NCBI GenBank assembly: GCA_964016885.1
Contig: OZ024740.1
Location: 308,326,001 to 308,390,000 of the forward strand
Direction: 5' to 3'
Source: Eledone cirrhosa
Lineage: Eukaryota
DNA: 64,000 nt
Shown: positions 26,205-40,342 of the stretch, piece after piece
Position numbering within the stretch: position 1 is the first letter of the stretch
Layout of the letters: the number at the start of each line of letters is the position of its first letter
Program-made: the position numbers and the translations under genes
The notes under the pieces: model-generated
Databases searched by the model: none
What the model was told of the DNA's origin: nothing
What the model saw: only the letters and a program-made list of their open reading frames with translations

Positions 26205-26382
26205 TCAGAATCGGTAGAGTGTCTGACGCCATGCTTTGCAGCAAAGAGTTATGGCCCTTTATGATCTGAGTTCAAATCCCGCCGAGGTTAACTTTGCTTT
26301 CATCCTTACGGGGTCGATAAAATAAAGTACCAGTAATACACTAGGATAATTGCTGGCCTTGTGCCAAAAATGGAAACAATTA
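26205..26382 (+). mobile_element. tRNA-derived SINE family A
   Basis: Match to family. Confidence 0.9.
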
Positions 26383-26498
26383 TTTTACACCCCCCCCCCC
26401 CCCACTAGTTCCGCTATTATATTCCCCATTCACATCGTAACGGCTTCTTCAATACCGTCTTAATATCATATCTCACAAACTCTCTCTTTCTCTCGCCC

Positions 26499-26535
<37 letters not shown>

Positions 26536-26676
26536 ATATATATATATATATATTTGTATTTGTTTTACCTTGCTGTCTCTATCTTTCTCCTCTGAGTGAT
26601 TTCTTTACTTGCAGTGCTGAGTTCACTACTATTCTCCTGCATCTATAGTTTATAAAAATTATTTTCATGAGTCTTC

Positions 26677-26836
26677 AGTCGCGCTCCAACAATCCAATAG
26701 TGGGCCGCATAGGATGTGGATCTTCATAAGTCGGGCCACACTACTAAAAAATTCAAGGCAATTTCGAAATTAGGCGTGCCATTCAGTAAGACAAACAGGT
26801 CGCATGCGGACGCGGGCCGTAGATTGCCCATGGCTG
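26677..26836 (+). mobile_element. hAT-like MITE; internal piece repeated inverted at 39105-39215
   Basis: GCGGGCCGTAGATTGCCCATGGCTG end; shared GTGGGCCGCATAGGATG...AAATTCAAGGCAATTT. Confidence 0.6.
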
Positions 26837-27185
26837 CTCTAAACATTGCTGATTCATCCGAATGCTTTTTAATAATATGATATTAGTTTAATGATTGGTG
26901 GGTTGAAACTGTTTGTACACCTCATTTAAAAATTGTTCTTATTTTGGATTTTAAAAAAAGTTCTTCCAAAATATGTTTTTTTTTTATTACGAGGTCATAA
27001 CTTGAGTTAAAATTAGATGTAGTGGGGGAAATACCAGATGTTGTTATTGCCAGAAATATAGCTGAAGCTAATCTTAGCTAAATTTTGGTAACGCAACAAT
27101 GATAATAATAAAAAACATTGATAATTTATTGACCTTGCTATTCATTTGAACACTATTAATAACCTTTAATATATTTAGCTATATA

Positions 27186-27402
27186 GGGCGGTGGATTGGC
27201 AGTATCGGTGGAGCGTCGGACAACATGCTTTAGGGCCTAGAGTTACGCCCCTTTACGATCTGAGTTCAAATCCTGCCAAGGTTAGCTTTACCTTTCATCC
27301 TTACGGGGTCGATAAAATAAAGTACCAATAATGTACTGGGGTCGATTTATTCGAATTTCCCCTCCCCCCAAATTGTTGGGCTTGTGCCTAAATCAGAAAC
27401 CA
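27186..27402 (+). mobile_element. SINE family A, long variant
   Basis: TSD AATATATTTAGCT. Confidence 0.9.
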
Positions 27403-27430
27403 ATATATTTAGCTTTATGAATGGTAGTCT

Positions 27431-27708
27431 AAAGTCTGTCTTAAGCCAGAAGGTTTATTTGGTCGCTGCTTATCCTGGTGTCATGGCATGAAGCGACTAA
27501 GAGTACAAGACACCCACCTGGACAGTGTGCCAGTCCATCGCAGGGTTAAACCCCCAGCTATTGCTGGTACTCATTTTCAGTTGAGTATACTGGAGAAACG
27601 TGAAATCAAGTGTTTTTCTCAAGAACACAACTCGCAACCCAGGAATCGAACCCACAACATTATGATCGTAAGTCCAACACCCTTACCACTAGGTCACGTG
27701 CCTCCACA
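27431..27708 (-). mobile_element. CORE-type SINE (family B)
   Basis: Minus A box GTGACCTAGTGG, B box GGTTCGATTCC, CORE-like TCTTGAGAAAAACACTTGATTTCACG. Confidence 0.8.
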
Positions 27709-27712
27709 TAAA

Positions 27713-27929
27713 AGGTAGTAGAGTAGCAGAATTGGTAGAGCGTCAGATAAAATGCCATTGCGTTATTTATTCTGGCTCTTTACGTTCTGAATTGAAACCC
27801 AACGAGATCAACGTTGTCTTTCATCCTTCCAAGATCGATAAAATAAAATAATATTCAAGTACTGAGATTTATTTAATCACTTTTGCCTTTCCTCCAAATT
27901 TGCTCGCCTTGTGGTTAAATTAGAAACTA
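27713..27929 (+). mobile_element. SINE family A, old long variant
   Basis: Diverged match to family. Confidence 0.75.
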
Positions 27930-28049
27930 ATATATGTAGCTATATGAATTCACTGTTTTGTATGTCAGTAAGTATTCTGAAATACATGCTTGCTTGTGGT
28001 TTTCAATCAAATTCGGTGATGACGATTTTCTACTTTCATCCTTTTGTAA

Positions 28050-28530
28050 CTGTAAATCCTAATCCTTGACGTACAATTTCAGCAACAGACAGTACATGCG
28101 AATATTGCCTCCTTTCTTACTTCTCTTGATAGTGTTGAGTTTATTTCTCCTCCATGCCCTCAATCCCTTTCCAACAGTGAGAATACCAAAATGAACGGTT
28201 GGTAGTGAGACCTTCCACTCTTGGAAAGTTGACGTTATTCTTCTTTAAAGTGGTTATCATCTGGTCTTTAAACCATTTCTTTGGTCCAATAGCCAGGCAA
28301 TGACCATGGTGTAGTTGACCATAAAATATCCTGCAAGGGAGTTGCGAGTTAGACATGCGCACTACATGTACGAACTATCACAGTTGATACATATATAGTG
28401 TGGATTCGATACTAGTGGTGTTAGTTTGACGGAGAATTTCACAGTGTGCAATCCTATCTCGCCAGACGACTGAAATGATCTTCAGGGGAAACTGGATATT
28501 AAAAGATTCAAGACACATTAAAGAAGATAC
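28050..28530 (-). mobile_element. RTE (BovB-like) LINE C-terminal fragment
   Basis: HVVRMSNSQLPCRIFYGQL...GPKKWFKDQM. Confidence 0.75.
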
Positions 28531-28586
28531 CTGCGCAGTAATGCGTTATAGTGGCATTTGGTGCCATTAGTGACCATTATTTCCTT

Positions 28587-28771
28587 CGGTGGATTGGCAG
28601 TATCGGTAGAGGGTCGGACGCCATGCTTTCCAGCATAGTTACGTCCCTTTACGATCTGAGTTCAAATCCCGCCGAGGTTGACTTTGCCTTTCATCCTTAC
28701 GGGGTCGATAAAATAAAGTACCAGTAATGCACTGGGTAATTGCTGGCCTTGTGCCTAAAGTAGAAACAATT
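28587..28771 (+). mobile_element. tRNA-derived SINE family A
   Basis: TSD ATTATTTCCTT. Confidence 0.9.
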
Positions 28772-28904
28772 ATTTCCTTTCAGCAGTAGGGTAATCCAAT
28801 CTAGTTGAAACCGCCTTTACGTTGACGCTCAGCTTGACGTTCTTTCCTAGTCTTTGTCTTCCTGGACTCTCTCACCAGGCAACAGAGTAGTGATTGTAAA
28901 GCTG

Positions 28905-28948
<44 letters not shown>

Positions 28949-28989
28949 GTATATATATATATATATACATATACATGTATACTTGTGGA

Positions 28990-29157
28990 TAATCGTTAAC
29001 CCTCATGAGTTATTCCATTTTTTGACGGGTTTTGTTTTTCATCTCAATGGCTGTCAGAAAATCACCTTCCTCACCAAACAGGATTAGTGAAATCGATGAT
29101 TTAGTCGCCGACGACTAGTCTATGCAACAGGATGTACTGGGTTACGTGTCACCAGTA
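28990..29157 (-). mobile_element. 5' part of a non-coding retroposon related to 46600-46750
   Basis: Aligned TTTGAC.GGTTTTGTTTTT, TCACC.TCCTCACCAA, TTTAGTCGCC.ACGAC, GTACTGG..CCAGTAC. Confidence 0.6.
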
Positions 29158-29207
29158 CACGCGCGCACGCACGCACGCACACACACACACACACACACGC
29201 ACACACA

Positions 29208-29300
<93 letters not shown>

Positions 29301-31156
29301 GCTGAAGCATCTCTACCGAAGTGAAAAAAACTAGTTGCCATGTTGAGAGTCAATCGAACTTCAGCCGTCAAGATGTATGCCAGGAACTCTCTCCACCAGC
29401 TGACATCTTTCCATGGCTAAATTTGATTGATTCCTGGTGTTGCTTTGTGATATTCCCTGTGCTACTATACTGAACCCACGTTGTTCCTTGTGTCTTTTAT
29501 GATTGTCTTATGGACAAACTGCTGTCCTATTCTGGGAAACTCATTTACATTGCATACTCGTCCCACAAAACTCAGATACAAAATACGTTCTGGTTTATAA
29601 CAGATGATTATGTTGAGACTACTCAAATGCTCGCCATTAATAGTCTACACTACAAGAGATAGATTTCTGCAACACGTAACTATACTGACATCACAGTATA
29701 ACAGATATTGTCATGCAAGGAGTAGTATTTTCTCATTGTATAATTCCCTAGTAAAACTAAGGGTTGTGTATCTTCTGGGATTGTTACTAGAAGCAGATAA
29801 GAAACATCTCGTAGGTTGCTGTAGTAGGAAGGATAATTTTAAAATTTCGAGTTATCCGCAAACCGGAACCCTGACCCAAATCCTGACAGCAGAATGAACT
29901 TCACTAAAAGCCCTCACGAGTTAAGTGGTGGTATCGGTACACGCCCTCTCAACACCTGATACCAAGAGCCACACACAGGAACAGACTTTTCTGCACTTAA
30001 CTATTAGTATAAGAAAATAAAAACCTTCTGATACTTGAATTAAAACCACATCAGCGTTCAAAAGATTACTTTACAATCACTTCTTATCACATTCGATAGA
30101 GCAGTAACATTTTAAGTTAAAATGTAAAATAAGACTATTGGTTAGGAATGCATGTAATAAACACAAAACGCCCAGCCGAAATCAGATCGTTGTTTCCAAC
30201 ATGGTCAGCTGTTACAATATTATTGGAGTTTCCAGTGGTACTGTTAGAATAAATGGAACGACCAGCAAGGATCTTGTTATTGAAGATTGTAGTATACATT
30301 TAATCAGAAATAATTAGTCGCTTTGACTTTGAGTACTTGCGTTATCTTATGAGATTAATGAAAACAATTGACAAGCATTTCAGCTGGTCTATTTTGTCCT
30401 TCATGCTCTTTACACACAAAGAAATTGAATAGACAACGAGATAATTGTTTAAATGTACCAATATTCTATTGAAAGAACTAGACTAGTTGACAGTGCCGTG
30501 GGAAAGGTTTACTTTTTAGTGCGTGCATGCGTGTGTGAAGAATTGTATCGGAAAAAAGTAGTCCGTAAAGTAAAATAGTATAGAGAGACATATATATATA
30601 TATATTTATATAGATATGGTAGTGTTTTTGCCCATCGGTAGTCGATGAAGCTCTCGATTTTGGCTATTTGTTTGGTTGGATTTTATATGTCTGTAAATGG
30701 CTGATGAATCCATTTCTGACATAGAAGTAGCGGCCGCACACAAGGCACATATGTTCTGTGGCTTCTTTTGAAGTACCCGTTGAAAAGTTTCCTCTACCTG
30801 GATGCTTGTCTGTTGTGAAAGCTTGGTGCCGCTATGAATGAGGATGCACCGTGGCAGCCTGATATGAGGAAACTGCTCCCAGGATTTTATGTTGATGCTT
30901 AGGGATTTCGGTTTTTACCTTTTAACTATCCTTGTGGAGGTTGGGGGGGGGGGGGGGGCTGTACTCTTTACTATATCAATTCTACCGTAGAGGATTTTCC
31001 TGCTATATTCAGATTCTGTGACTCTATTTTATGAATACACTTCATACAGACTACATCCCCCAGGCAGTTTTGTTTCCACTATTTGTTCACACACAAATAT
31101 ATATATATAGATATATAGATAGATAGAGATAGATAGAGATAGATAGAGATAGATAG

Positions 31157-31239
<83 letters not shown>

Positions 31240-31251
<12 letters not shown>

Positions 31252-31520
31252 CTTGATATGAAACAGTCTGTTGAAACAGATATTGTTATACTTTGAAAGG
31301 GCCGTGTTGTCAATAAAAACGTACGCACCAGTTGAGCTTTACTTCAATGAATAAATAAATAAATAATTTAGAAACCATTATTAGTTAGGTAACTACACTA
31401 CCCATTAGTAGGTTTAGCAGCCAAATGGTTTCATAATTATCAAAGTTCTTTCGTCAAACATTCTGTACCCTCAAAGATTAGTTTGCCCTTTTATGTCTCA
31501 TTCTTGTTTCCACTGTTTTC
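31240..31520 (-). mobile_element. Diverged single-arm relative of the 13180-13635 element with eroded hammerhead
   Basis: TGTTGAAACA.ATATTGTT.TACTTTG, CAATAAAAAC, TCAAAG.TCTTTCGTCA.ACATTCTGT shared. Confidence 0.6.
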
Positions 31521-31765
31521 TTTTCTCGGTGTCTTTCTGTGGTGTCTGTGGTACGCACGCGTGCGTGTGTGTATGAGTTGTGCGCTTGTGTTTGTGTGTG
31601 TCTTTATATATTATTGTCTGTGTATTTGGTGTATCTGGCGACTTCCCACCAGTCTTCGTATGTCATTACTTACATATATATACTGTATGTGTGTGTGTAT
31701 GTGTGTGTGAAACACTTGTCTCTGAGTATTCATTATACATTCTGAGGGCAAGTATAGATATGTGC

Positions 31766-31809
<44 letters not shown>

Positions 31810-31826
<17 letters not shown>

Positions 31827-32791
31827 GGAAGATGTATGTCTGTGTGTGTGTACGATTTTTATGCATTTCCACATTTCTCTACCGATTTTGATGATTTTTT
31901 TTCCAATGTACTCCCAATTTACCAACGATGGTCAAGGCGTAATAAACTTTGCTAAAGATTTCCTGCTTCTATGAAAAAAATCGATAAAACTAAATACATG
32001 CTGTAACCCTCTCTCTTACACGCTTAATCCCTCTCTCTACTACCCTCAAAAATCGATGAAACTACATACATGTTGCAACTCTCTTTAAAAGGTTCATCCC
32101 TCCCTCTACTCCCCTCTCAATCTCCTCTGCAACTCTCTTTAAAAGGTTCATCCCTCCCTCTACTCCCCTCTCAATCTCCTCTGCAACTCTAACAGCAACA
32201 AAACTTCGTTCAGGAACGCGACATAAACTTTGAAAACTAAGCAACACATCAATTTATACAACAACAAACATAGTCATAGCGACGCTCACCATTACATTTT
32301 GCACCATTACATTTTGCACCATTACATTTTACATCAAATAACAAATATTCAAAAGCAACAGATGAATTTATACAACAACAAACGTAGTCATAACGACGCT
32401 TAAGCATTTATTTACTTGAATCTCAACAAAGACATATTTTATTGTTGTCCTTTTTGTAATTTTTTTCCTTTGTTTTTAGCAGCAATATGAGACAAAAAAA
32501 ATGAGAAAACTTTTTTCAAGAACGTCCGATTTTTATGATTTTTTTCCAGTGTGCTCCAAATTATCGCCCCTGTTTACGCTCTTTTGTGCTATACCTCAGA
32601 CGGGCTTGGCTTACAGGTTTGACAACTTAGTACTCACTTTCCACTTATTCACTGTTCAATTGAAATTTTTCGCTACCCCCCCCCCCCCCCTCCTTGCTTA
32701 CCCGTATTTACTTTCTTTGCCTCAATAATCATAATTGAGTGGAATCATTAAGAGTACTTTAAAGCAATTAAACTCCGGGCACTTCTGCTAG
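31810..32791 (+). mobile_element. Non-autonomous Helitron
   Basis: Starts in (TA)n as TATATAAAACGGAAG, ends CCGGGCACTTCTGCTAG|T; internal short duplications. Confidence 0.6.
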
Positions 32792-32816
32792 TATTATATA
32801 TACCAGCACATATCTA

Positions 32817-32874
<58 letters not shown>

Positions 32875-33464
32875 GCCTTCAAGAATGTTTTCTAGATTGA
32901 AATGGGTCAGAGAATATGAAGTTACAAGGTTAAAAGAAACCCAATCCATATCACACTATACACCCTTTCTATCTAGTCCCTTCCATTCACTATGTACGGC
33001 GCCTTATCTCCCGCCTCTACATACACATAAGTTAAGAATATGTATCTATCCATAATAGACCAATAGTTATTATAATATGTTGGCGGTTTGACTTATTCAT
33101 GCATTACAAGTAGTTCTTTTAGTCGCAAACACATCTAACATTGCAAATGTTTTCTGAATAAGTATTGAGAGGTGGAGATGTGGTTGCAAATTGCGTTATA
33201 ATGTGTTTCCATTTTTTAATTTACTCACGGTGACATCAGTTTTTCTCGGTTGATGGGAAACCAGGTAGTCTGATGGCGCCAATGAGTCAAGTATGCAGAT
33301 ACTAGTGACATCATGTAATGTGTTTGATGTTTATGTGTCTGATGTCACCGTATGATTAATGTAAACATCTTTTTACTATACCTGTATATGCTGATTTAAG
33401 GGTAAAGGTGAGGTGAGTGAGAGATTTTACATGTATATTAATGTTATTACTGTTACTTAATGTT

Positions 33465-34410
33465 CAATGAATGCTTGGTGTCGGGTGAAGTACCGCAGTG
33501 AATGACAAAAGGTACCAGGGTTCTAATAATGAAAGACCAAGCCAAGGGAAATGACGTTACTAACTATAGGTCTATCACGTGTCTGTCCTTGATGTGGAAA
33601 TTCCTAACAAGCATTATGTTTGAGGAAAACTACCACCACCTCGACATAAATAACTTATTGCCGGAAGAACAGAAAGGATGCTAAACGAAGTCCCGTGGTT
33701 CAATACTTGTGATTCCAGTTGTCACTTACAGTTTCAAAATCATAAATTGGAATGTTTATGAAATAAAGAAAATGAACGCCAAAATCAGGAAACTTCTGAC
33801 CTATAATAAACTACATCACCCCCAAATCAGATGTGGATTGTTTCTATTTCCCTAGACAAAACAGGTAGCTTGAGCAGTCATGCAAAATATCAACCATTGG
33901 ACACGATCACTACCTTAAAACTACAGATGATTGGAAGCTGAAAATGGCTGCTGATCACGAAAGGAGAAAGAGGTTACATTTAATCACAAAGGAAAGTAGC
34001 AGGTTTGCAGAAGAATTGAGAATACATTTTGAAAATGCAAAGAACATCAAAATATTAGCAAAACAAGAAAGTCAACAGAGATTGTGCACTAAATGGGAGC
34101 ACAAACCACTGCATGGGCAGTATGTTATCTGTAGTAAAGAACCTGATATAGATCAAACTCTCATCCATCAGTGGCTACAGAGTTCTGGACTAAAAGCAGA
34201 GAGTGGGGACTTCATTTTGGCTGCGCAAGACCGGTGTCTTTCAACGCACAACTTTCAAGCCAATGTGATCATAAATGGAACTGACCCAAAGTGTCGATTC
34301 TGCGATGTGCATGTTGAGACCATTGACCACCTGGTTTCAGGCTGCAAAGTATTAGCTCTCCGGAAATATAAAACAAGGTATGATAGAGTGGGTCAACATT
34401 TACACAGGGT
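33465..34410 (+). pseudogene. R4/Dong-clade non-LTR retrotransposon, internally deleted (RT pieces + CCHC knuckle)
   Basis: NYRSITCLSLMWK, LLPEEQKGC, WEHKPLHGQY, GLKAESGDFILAAQD, CRFCDVHVETIDHLVSGC. Confidence 0.85.
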
Positions 34411-34439
34411 AATAAGAATAATGATAATAATTACCGCCA

Positions 34440-36195
34440 TGACTTGAAATACCAAGATGAGAACTGGTGCGAGATAACTACTCTCGATGAGGGTAGATTG
34501 AGTATCTCTGAGCCTTGGTTAGCAGTCCACCTAGTGATGGTATCATGATAAAAATACTGATAGTTGCGCAACCTCACAAAAGCAAACCTCTATGAGTGAA
34601 TGCTAAATCAAATTATCCAAAATAACGGTGAAAGATGGGACTGGAACCTTAGATGGTGAAAGTGTCTCGACTGGCAGCTTCGGTGTACCTGGTCCGGCTC
34701 GAGTTGGTTGTCATCTGGTAACGGATTAAAGAATGGGAAGAAAGAAGTGGGAATAAGCAGTAAGCAAGGTTGTAATAGAATTGTAGATTAAAAGTGATTA
34801 CAACTAGAAGATACCGAAAAAGAATGAATACGGGGTGAATGGAGGCTATTTCTGGCTAGTGAACAGAGAATAGTAGACCAGGCAAGGATGATTCGAGGGA
34901 ATGGATAGCTAACGAATATAGCGATTGAAGAAATAAAGTGACATTGAGATACTGTCGATGAAAATGAGGAACAGGAGCAATTTGAACGTGTTGAGAATGT
35001 AGTTTAAGAACCACAATATACTGAAGAAAGGGAAACTGATAGGCATAGCCCACTTCCAGAAGATGATGACATTGAGCTACAAATGACACATGTTGAAGGA
35101 TGTAGTGAGGATGATAAACTAAGAACTATATCAGAAATAATCCAGACAAGATTTCACCAAACGTACGATATATTGAAAAGAAGAAAGTTAAAGCAGCAGC
35201 AATTAAGATGGATAAATTTGTCGCTGCTATCCCGACAAAAACTATAACAGAAACACTAATATGAGCAGCAGCCAATATTGTGGCAAATATGGTTGGGTAC
35301 AAGGAAAAGGAGGGTGTTGGAAAGAGAGAAAACCGTATTGGAAAAGGAGAATTTTGGAGAAGTAACAGAAATTGCGTAAAGATCTATGACAAATATATAG
35401 GATGAAAAGGAATGAACTAACAATGCATTTGAGGGATGAGAAACAGAAGATGTTGTACCTGATACAGAAGAGAGTAGGCTATTTTGGAGTAAAATATGGG
35501 ATCAGTCAGTAAGAGAATGATTGAAAAAAATGGCGGAAGAATTGAATGACATAGAAATGCAAGAAAATGTACAAATTGATTTAGGAAGTGGGAAGAACCA
35601 GATCACGAGAATACTTAACTGGAAAAGCCCAGGACCAGATAGTGTTTAAGGATACTGGATTAAGAACCTAACAAATCAACTGGATGGATGTCTCCAGGAA
35701 AATAGTGCCGAAATGAATGGTAACAGGGAGAACATTACTCTGAGTGAAGGAAATACAGAAGGGAATATGGTGTCCAATTTTAGACCGTTCACTTGTCTAC
35801 CTTTGTTATGGAAACTATTAACAGGTGTATTAACTGAAGAATTTGACAAGCATTTAGAGGAGAAATACTTGTTGCCGTGGGAGCAGAAAGAATGGAGAAA
35901 AATAAGTAGAGGCAACAAGGATCAATTAATGATCAACAGAATGATAGCGAAGAATTGTAAGAGGAAATTAACATCATTGAAAGTCTCATGGATAGATTAT
36001 CACAAGATATATGTTATGTTGCCTCACAGTTGGATTGAGAAACCAATGGAAATGTGTGGAGTGGCAATAAATATGAGACAGTTCATTAAGGAGAGTATAA
36101 AACAGTGGAATACTGAACTAGTCATTGGCATTGAAAAGTTAAAAAATGTGAAGATAAGACGTGGGATATTCCAAGGAGACAGTTTGTCATCAAGT
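34440..36195 (+). pseudogene. Second R4/Dong-clade element, 5' half to RT motif B
   Basis: NWKSPGPD...YWIKNLT, NFRPFTCLPLLWKLLTG, WIDYHKIYVMLPHSWI, IRRGIFQGDSLS. Confidence 0.85.
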
Positions 36196-36199
36196 AAAG

Positions 36200-37475
36200 G
36201 AAAGAGGACATCGCTGAAATGAAAATAGTAGAAATAATAATAGAAACACTAAGAAAAACAATAGAAAAACTAAGGAAAGCAATAACAAATGTTAACAAGG
36301 ACAAGTTTCCCAATTGTAGGGGAGTGTATTTTAGAGAAATCCCAGGGAGAAACCCCAGCAAAGCTCCAGATTACTCTGTGACTTCACGGGCATTGAAAGT
36401 GCCTTCTCCCGGTTTCCTTCCTTCTACTTAGAAAAGCGTAGTCAGATTAGACCCGTTCATCCGCTTCAATTTCATCGATTGCTCTTACCCATATTTCATA
36501 AAACACAATAGAAGGCAGTACTTCCTCTTCAAGTGGAACTTGAAAAATTAAATGAGGGCTTGGCCACAGAGAAAGATTCTTGTCCTCAATCCCTTTAGGT
36601 AAATCTCCCATACAGCCTTCCTCACCATAGCTACCAGACAGAGGAAGACTTGCCGTACCTCTCTTCTAAAAGAAGGTGATGGTTAAGTCTTCACTATAGA
36701 CCCAGTTGATAGCTGGATCTGTCCTACATCTGGCAGCAGTTGTCCGATAAAAGGCCACAACTCTGCAATGCATGGGCTCTGGGCGATAACATGCAGGATA
36801 GTTTCGTCACCTTTTGTGCATCTCGGATAGGTCCGTCCGTGTCCGAAGAGCTTGTATTGAACTGGTAGTGCCTCTCTGTAGCACTGTCTTGTCAAGGACC
36901 TTTAGAAATGGTCCATTATCCCCGACCTGAAAGTCCCCCAGAAGAGTCTGTTCAGATTGTTCTCGTCGATGCCTAGAACCGATACCAGGCCATCGTCGCT
37001 CATACTTTCCACTAACCCTCTAAGAAAGCAAGTGTTGTTTTCTGGTCTTCTATCGCGCTGTTCAGTTGCTAAAGTGCCGTGGCGTCTAGAAACACTCTAG
37101 ATGCCAGTCTGTAGTTCGGATGGGAGACGAGCTGCGAGATGACATGTCGCACGAAAGGAACCCAAACTTCACTTTCATTGAAGATTGTGATTGTTGCGCT
37201 TGAAGTATTCCACGGGTGCGTTAGCTGTAGCGTATGTTTGTGCATCAATAGCGATAACATCCCGAGGCCGCCATAGAGTGGATAGTGGTATCAGATGGAT
37301 TTTCGGACCAGCTGGACTTGACTTTCCACAGAAAGTGGAAGAGCATACGTTCTAATTTAGTCAGATGTTGGGAGGGAGACATGATATGACGGATAGCTTG
37401 TAATGTACCACCGAAGCAATATAGGTGTTTTCTACTTCTGTCCGACCTTAAAGGGACAGCGTTCTCTCTACCCAA
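36200..37475 (-). pseudogene. Tx1/L1-clade LINE 3' fragment
   Basis: LTKLERMLFHFLWK; CYREALPV...YPRCTKGDETILH (eroded knuckle); similar to 50861-51525. Confidence 0.75.
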
Positions 37476-38616
37476 AATAAGTCACATGGTGGCGACGTGA
37501 TCCGGGGGGACGTTGATGGGTGATGTACATGAGAGGGAGTCACTGCTATTCCTACCCTCTTGTATGACTGACATGCAGACAATTTTTATAGAGCTGCCTC
37601 CCTCTTACTTATCATTACCTCACCAGTGTCACGTTGCCATGTACCTTATCACATGTCTAAAGACAAGTATAAGAAATCGAATAATTCTGTGTCCTGTATC
37701 TTTATTCCATGATTCCTCAAAGAAGTACTCTGTTCTCACCGTTTCGTTGTCTGTGGGATCGTACGTAGCCAGAAACAATAGAGCGATGGAATAATGGATC
37801 AACTTGAAACGAACCAGTTCTAAGAGTGGTTTCATTTATTAAATAACATAAATATCACCATTATACTAGAGATCACACTAGTCAAAAACAGCGTTTTAAC
37901 TATTGAAAGTTGCACAGGACGAATCTCTATAAGTGAGCAGGTCTACTTACTAATTACACTATTGTCTAACAAAAACAAAAACAGAAGCGTCTGTAATTTC
38001 AAGGTAATTTATTTCCATGGAAAGAGTTTAAGGTTATGGCGGAGATAACAAAGCTTTCCAACCATGTGGTGGATAACCATGGCCTCAATTCTTGGTGACT
38101 CACGCGGTACACACTTCCTAATTCACACATTAACTCTTACCCTCTACCCCGTCACGTTTAAATCCCACTCCTGCTTCGCAGTTTAATTCTACTCTCACTA
38201 CCGCTTCCCTGCTTAAACTTCTTTCTTTAACTCTTCAGACTTTAACTAATTTTTCATTAGCCATCCACACCTTAACCCTCTTTCCACACCTTCCTTAATA
38301 CTATAACATACTTTCTATTTGACACCCCACCCGCTACCTGGACAGGCAATGTACTGACTACTATCCACTTCATACGTAACTAACTGATCAGCTGAACTTT
38401 CGCATTGTATGTTACAAAACCGGAAGTTATGTAGCGCCATTAGAAGTCGAATCATACCTCGATGTTGTTATTTTTCTCCTGTATTTCAAGAAATACACGG
38501 TGTCCACAAATAAGGCAACATGTAAACTAGTCTTATATCAGTAAAACTGGAAGACTGGTGCTAGGTGATTCTTTTCTTTGCTTGAAAATCTTTTCCAAGA
38601 TTACTATTTAAACATA

Positions 38617-38830
38617 TAGTGGGTTTGCAGAATTATTAGAGCGTCGGACAAAATTCTTGACTAGCATTTTGATACGGCCCTTTACGTTATGAGTTCAAAT
38701 CCCACCAAGTTCAACTTTGCCTTTCATCCTTTCAAGGTCCATAAAATAAAGTACCTGTCACGTACGGGAGTAGGTGTAATCGGTTTTCATTTCCAACAAA
38801 TAATTGGCTTTGTTCCTAAAGTAAAATTTA
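38617..38830 (+). mobile_element. SINE family A, old long variant
   Basis: B box and core present. Confidence 0.8.
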
Positions 38831-39411
38831 TCATTTAAACACATACTCCCGGGTCTTAAATAATAGGGTTAGGGTTGGGATAAGCGGTGGTGAGGATGAA
38901 ACGATAATTTTTCTTTTTAAAGCTAGAATTAATCGTTTAGTTTACATATTGAAACCTCAAACTATCCTATTTATTTTATAACGGATGTGAATTCTTGTAA
39001 TGTTCTGGGTTTTTTTTGTAGTTTTTTTTCGTCATGTGTAATTTTTTTTAATGTCTAAAGAAAATTAATTGTTACAGGAATGGTACCATTTAAAATAAAA
39101 TTTCGCGATCCGCACGAGGCCCATTTTGCTTCCTGAATGGCACGCTTAATTTCAAAATTGCCTTGAATTTCTTAGTAGTGCGATGATGAACCCCATCCTA
39201 TGCGGCCCACTGCTCGAAAAATGATGCCCATGCTTGGTTGTTTCTTCAGGGCCACATAAGCTATCGCTAGTTGCCTGCTATTATTGCTGCTTCTATTACT
39301 TCTTGTGGTAGTGTTGTTATCGTTGCTGTGTAGCCACAGGTCAGCAGATATATGATACCTAAGTACTCGGTCGAATGACTGGATAAGATTGGCTGATCTA
39401 TTGTTTTGAAT

Positions 39412-39700
39412 CACAAGGGTCGGCCGAAAAGCTCATAGGCTGACCAAGATATTCTCATGGAATGTGACCAAATGAGGTTTATTTTTCAACATAGTCTCCC
39501 TTAAAGTCCACAAACTTCTCCCATCGGTGTTGCAATGCTTGGCTCTCGTTGGTGAAGAGGCTTTTATCCTGTTGGTCTGAAAAGTCGTCAACAGCAGATA
39601 CGACGCCATCATCACTGAGATACTGGTTCGCAGCTAATTGTTTTTTCATTCATGTTGGGGAACAGATGATAGTCAGATGGGGCCAAACCAGGTGTATACT
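39412..39700 (-). mobile_element. Mariner transposase 3' end + TIR
   Basis: LFPNM...YLSDDGVVSAVDDFSDQQDKSLFT...LQHRWEKFVDFKGDYVEK*. Confidence 0.85.
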
Positions 39701-40342
39701 AGGTCTCTGCCAAATTGAGGAGTAGATGCAGTGATATGTTTATTGCATGGGGTGTGGGGTGGGCAACGTAATGGACTAAACACGTTGCTCTTTATCTACA
39801 TTCTCTTCTATGTCATGCTGCAGGCAGACTTGGGAGTTGTTTTGCAGTTGTCATCTATAATATTGTTATGCTCGTCATGGTGTTTCTGTGTTCAAGTGTT
39901 ATGCTTTGAATATAATGCTTTTGATATAATGCAAATTGCAAATTGCATCTGTCAGTGCCGTCTGCCCTTGTAGAAACCCATGGGCAACAGCTCCATTACA
40001 AATATACATTTTGTTAGCACCCTGGGAGTAGTTAGCTCGCTTATACATTCCAAGCTATATCTTATTGAGTGAGTAATTGTGAGCAGCCGAGATTATGGAA
40101 AATATATTCACTATAGCCTCGATAACTAGACTATATGAAGAGCTATACATTTATGCATCAAAATAGAAATAAGAAAGTTTATGAAGTTTGAAATGTTCAC
40201 AGATCCTGCAGGTAACAATAAGTGTACTTTCATTGCTATTCTTCATGCTGACGAAGCAACTGTTAGTTTTGCTTCTACCATTGTAATCATTGTTTTGATG
40301 TGGTTCTGGCAATTAGTCCAAGTCAGCTGTAACCAATTAGAC

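Noticed and set aside
38864-38880. Telomere-like TAGGGTTAGGG
   Set aside because: Under three units, inside a MITE.
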